NCBI RefSeq assembly: GCF_009914755.1
Contig: NC_060931.1
Strand: one strand, 5' to 3'
Source: the human T2T-CHM13v2.0 reference genome, Homo sapiens
Length of the DNA: 64,000 nucleotides
Part shown: one piece after another, positions 60,730 to 64,000 of the stretch
How the letters are laid out: each line of letters opens with the position of its first letter
Numbering within the stretch: the first letter of the stretch is position 1
Made by a program: the position numbers and the translations under genes
Notes under the pieces: model-generated
Seen by the model: only the letters and a program-made list of their open reading frames with translations
The model's database searches: none
Told to the model about the DNA's origin: nothing

Positions 60730-62262
60730 GTAAGTAAGCCCACTAATTCTGGTATTTTACTTGGAGTGTGTCAATCCTTTACAGTGTCACTTTTGTGTAT
60801 TCTTCAAAGAAGACTATCCATGAATTAAATATATTTTCTGGATATTGTCACCTAGGTGTTTCTCACGTATGGAATGCTTTTTATGTGGAAACTGTACATT
60901 TAAGATATAATAATTTAGGGCCTTTTAATAGTAATAGACTTAAGATGCCTGACATTATCAGAAGCTTAAAAACAAAGAGATAAGCTTTTGAAAATAACCA
61001 AATAAAGAAATAAATAAGAAGTATCTACTTATTTAAAGTTATATAAGTGTCCATTTATAATTAGATGAAGTAGCAGATAACCATTACTTTTTGGTTCATA
61101 GCTTTGAGGTTTTAAAATGAATAGTTATTTGGGGTAGAGATGCCCTATCGTTTCTTGAAAGAAGTCAGTTCAACCCACAAAGTAAGTCTTCCCCCTACAA
61201 GAGCTTTGTTTCAAAGTACTTTATTCTTAAATCTAATTTATTTTAGAAAACTGTTTATTAGTTTGAACTTTGGGTAATATGTCTGCTTTTTATTTACTGA
61301 TGATATTGCTGATCCTCTTATTTTCATACACAAACTTTCTTAAAATTAAGCTTGTATTTCTTCATCATTTAGAAGTACGATGAACACTTATCAAGTAGCC
61401 AGAGTCGGTTTGCCTCCTCTTTTTGAGCTCCCTTTTGCCTTTTTAAATCTGGGCAGTACCCTAAGCTCTGGATTTTGGCATTCTACATTTGTTTATCATA
61501 ATTTATTGGCCCCAGGGGCCATTTAGTCAGGGCCCTAACTCCTGCTTGAAAACCAAACAACCACTCATGAGCATTCACCCTCTTCTAGTGATATGTTTTA
61601 TTCTGTTGGGAAGCTGTAGCTTAGATGCTTTAGGCTGGGATATGAGATGAGACTTTTATGCTTTGTGACAGGCTGGATTGCGGAGATTTTGTGACCGAAG
61701 TGGTTGGTAAATATCTACTCCATCTAAAAGCAGATGGTGATTAGGTTCCCATCATGTGCCTAGGACATATTAGGTGTGATGGATTTACAAAGTAAGGAGA
61801 CAAAAGCATCCTTCCTGCTAAAAAGTGTTTTTACCTTACCATTAAAAAAGTGAAACACAGCCAATAATCATTCTGTATAGTAGTCCTTAAGTATAGCCCT
61901 CATCTATGTGCTCACATTGGAAGGGGAGGAAGTTAACGTTGTTAAGTAGATAGTATACTAGGCCTTTCTATGACATCATGCTCTTTTCCTGAGCATGGTG
62001 GAAAACTTGTTTTGAATGTCCAGGGTACATATACAAAATTTCCAAAGGTGATACTGATTATGTGATAGTCATGTATATTTGCATTTTCTACTAGTAGAGC
62101 AAATGATGAGTATATATTAATTGTAACAATGTTTTGCAGATGTTATCTAATAAGATTCTTATTTGTAAATAAGATACTAACACTCTGAAAGTTTAAATGA
62201 TCATACATATAGTAAGGTGCAGAGTCAGAACCCCCATCTAGGTCTGCAGACTTCAATTATAG

Positions 62263-62691
<429 letters not shown>

Positions 62692-63515
62692 TAAGAACCA
62701 AGAGATTTCACATAAAACCCAATGCTTTCTGGCTTTTCTTGAAAAATGTGGGGCTCTGGCCCCAAGCCCAGAACCAAGTAATAGCCACCTCCTTTAGTCT
62801 GGTTCAGTCTCCAGTTAATCACAGCCATTTACACTCTTTACTCATTAACAACCCCTGGCTTGATCCTTGAAAACTGAATTTAGGATCTCTAGACTGTGCC
62901 ATGCTAGTTTCTGGAAACCACTTGAGATAGGCTGGGAATTGTTGTGGTGATATTGGTAGTTTATTTCTATTTAAGATTTAGTCCAAACAGAAATATTTTC
63001 AATACTTGTAATAAAATTTCAGATATGGAAGTGATATATGCTACTTGTAATAATGATTGGTGTTTTGTGATGTTTTAACCTTTCCAAGATGCTTTCACAT
63101 TATTTTATTTCATTTCATTGAACCTCTTATTTTTCATGAGAAATAGGCTCAGGGAGATTTTAGTGACTTGCCCAAAGTCACGGATGAATTAGTCAGAAAG
63201 CCAGGACTAGAACTTGGATTTCTTTATTGAAAGAAATAGCACTTAGGGAAGGACCTCAGATCTGACTTTTTCTTGGAAGCTCTGTTGGCTTCAATCTGAA
63301 GGCAGTGCCTTGAGGCAGAGTACTTGAGCCTCTGGGGTTGTCACATTGGCTGTTTATTGTTATATTTATTTTTCAGTTTAGAATATTATCTAATGAATTG
63401 TTTTGTTTACTCACAGTGGCTGTGGTTATGAGATCTTTTTGAAATTATTTTACAACTTTTTGGTTACGTCTAAAGCTAATATTGGAAAACTTTAAAAACT
63501 TTCTCTGTTTTTCAG

Positions 63516-63580
63516 AGGTACCGAAATGCTACATTTGGCTGTGTTACATTCTAGAAAACTTTGTGTCTACTCTGTCTCAG
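63516..63580 (+). CDS. BBS9: BBS9 exon 4 (65 nt), (S)GTEMLHLAVLHSRKLCVYSVS(G); gene continues past the window
   Basis: tttttcag acceptor, CAG|gtaaga donor; frame continuous. Confidence 0.96.
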
Positions 63581-64000
63581 GTAAGAAATATTTTTACCAA
63601 TGTAGAATTTATATTACAAATTGGGCTTAATGTTATATGAGAATAGATATTCCCTAGTGCTGACTTGGTAGAGAACACAAAACATTTAGTTGAATGTTTT
63701 CTTGTCTTGGTTAACATTTTCCCATTTTTCATTTATTCTTTCAGATACTTAGGCTATTACATTTTCATGGTCTACTATTTCTGTGTATATGTATCTTTCT
63801 AGCAGAGGATTCCTCTTAATCACCTCCCTCTCCAGAATTGTTTCCGGGATTGCCTGTGACTAATAGAGGCCAATTCTGGGTACTTAAGACACTTGAGTCT
63901 TAAGAAATGTTCTACAATAACAAAATTGATTAGATGCTAAGTCATAGTGGTTTGAAGTACATTTTCTTTGGTGAACCTCAAGTATTTTCTCTTTACCGTT

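Overview
Human (primate) genomic DNA from 7p14.3. It holds the complete RP9 gene (PAP-1 splicing factor; 6 coding exons on the - strand, CDS 16944->2807, 666 nt, 221 aa). About 20 kb away and divergent lies the 5' part of BBS9/PTHB1 (+ strand; non-coding exon 1 ending at 37600, coding exons 2-4 at 54119-54230, 60579-60729, 63516-63580). The rest is mostly transposable elements: many Alus, old L1s, several ERV LTRs, a MER4-group provirus remnant split by a near-full-length L1MA element, Tigger-derived MITEs and a Ricksha (Mutator-like) fragment. I found no new multi-gene system. The most unusual signals are: (1) an orphan, still-open copy of NT5C3A exon 1 head-to-head with the BBS9 promoter; (2) a 133-bp inverted duplication with a template-switch scar in BBS9 intron 1; (3) a nearly pristine AluYa5, probably polymorphic; (4) a 60-nt polyadenylated micro-retrocopy with 16-bp target-site duplications (TSDs); (5) a Ricksha element and a (CCG)8 tract at the RP9 promoter; (6) possible distal first exons for BBS9. 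Repeat subfamily names and reference protein comparisons come from recalled consensus sequences, not from a search. Repeat boundaries are approximate.
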